Made by a program: the position numbers and the translations under genes. This document shows, piece by piece, positions 40,312 to 40,339 of a stretch of DNA of 40,339 nucleotides (position 1 is the stretch's first letter; each line of letters begins with the position of its first letter). Origin of the DNA: a virus; IMG/VR virus record IMGVR_UViG_3300024989_000002. One strand, given 5' to 3'. The notes under the pieces are model-generated. The model saw only the letters and a program-made list of their open reading frames with translations. It was not told where the DNA came from and did no database searches.

Positions 40312-40339
40312 TGGCGGAGACGGAGGGATTTGAACCCTC
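40312..40339 (-). repeat. att core, right copy: the 3' end of the (presumably intact) target tRNA gene, which continues beyond the window
   Basis: Identical to 1-28. The integrase gene lies immediately downstream of the tRNA 3' end. Acceptor GGAGACG with discriminator G and an encoded CCA would fit tRNA-Ser, but identity cannot be determined from this fragment. Confidence 0.85.

Overview
The whole 40,339-bp window is one apparently complete temperate siphovirus-type prophage from a high-GC (actinobacterial-style) genome. It is cut exactly at its attachment repeats: bases 1-28 and 40312-40339 are identical and are the reverse complement of a tRNA 3' end (T-arm, acceptor strand, CCA).

Gene order, left to right:
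- cI-like and Cro-like divergent HTH switch, then an Xis-like HTH gene.
- A long, translationally coupled early operon. It holds tiny membrane peptides, a winged-helix protein, a 26 x 27-bp tandem-repeat protein, an SMC-like ATPase, a YqaJ-type exonuclease, an ERF annealase, a DUF2303-like protein, RusA, a DUF4406-like/zinc-ribbon fusion, a DPPY methyltransferase, two HNH proteins, a replisome-organizer-like protein, SSB, an ASCH protein, a double zinc-ribbon protein, a GNAT-like protein and a C5-cytosine methyltransferase.
- A reverse-oriented small cassette, then a phage tRNA-Gly(CCC).
- The late operon: terS, terL, portal, MuF-like, scaffold, capsid, connectors, major tail, G/G-T chaperones, tape measure, Dit, Tal-like, S74 tail fibre and a receptor-binding candidate.
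- An M15 endolysin and two holin-like proteins.
- An uncharacterised five-gene block.
- A strong terminator.
- On the minus strand, two envelope proteins and a tyrosine integrase next to the tRNA.

Most worth following up:
1. The early-operon (GAATASGxx)26 repeat protein coupled to a degenerate SMC-like ATPase.
2. Identical 17-21-bp junction modules that bracket single genes.
3. A 12-bp phased repeat containing four TTA codons inside the replisome-organizer gene (candidate origin).
4. A reverse-oriented cassette that truncates an HTH gene just upstream of the late operon.
5. The post-lysis five-gene block.
6. The integrase-linked envelope-protein cargo.
7. A G8 tract inside the DPPY methyltransferase.

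Limits: all family names come from motif recognition by eye and from memory. No database search, folding or statistics were run. Start codons are best guesses based on overlap and RBS context. Because of the high GC content, most long antisense and off-frame ORFs in the supplied track are artefacts.
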